Shown piece by piece: positions 63,995 through 64,000 of a stretch of 64,000 nt of DNA. The position numbers were made by a program, and so were the translations under genes. The stretch lies in NCBI GenBank assembly GCA_963727625.1, contig CAVSHR010000006.1:32001-96000 (forward strand). Direction: 5' to 3'. The stretch comes from an uncultured delta proteobacterium (GTDB taxonomy: Bacteria; Desulfobacterota; Binatia; UBA9968). Position 1 is the first letter of the stretch. Every line of letters starts with the position of its first letter. The notes under the pieces were generated by a model. The model was not told where the DNA came from. It searched no databases and saw only the letters and a program-made list of their open reading frames with translations.

Positions 63995-64000
63995 GAGTCC

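Overview
A 64-kb stretch of a GC-rich bacterial chromosome with about 50 genes and no rRNA, tRNA, CRISPR array, prophage or intact transposase that I could recognise. The many orphan NitT/TauT-type substrate-binding proteins, LLM monooxygenases, amidohydrolases and short intergenic palindromic repeats resemble Candidatus Binatia/Binatota-like bacteria (inference only). Recognisable units: dodecin; three degenerate-GGDEF signalling proteins; a protease-MoxR-DUF58-vWA operon; katG-fur; pal; pgm; a hydantoinase/oxoprolinase B-A-B' cluster; and a coxS-M-L-like molybdoenzyme operon. Several genes (katG, a cupin dioxygenase, the second hydantoinase B) are split by single-base insertions, probably sequencing errors, and there are also true decayed gene remnants. 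Best leads: (1) an IspH-fold Fe-S protein that keeps its three cluster cysteines but has lost the catalytic Glu and diphosphate-binding residues, coupled to a ferredoxin with a Cys-to-Asp ligand change (11527-12702); (2) an adenylation enzyme / carrier protein / LpxL-family acyltransferase trio resembling AlmEFG (44734-47517); (3) a UxxC selenoprotein missed by the ORF track (14257-14832); (4) a set of sigma-54-type promoters, driving among others two tandem unknown paralogs and an ORF-poor ~300-nt transcript (35888-36226). All calls come from reading motifs by eye; no searches were run.
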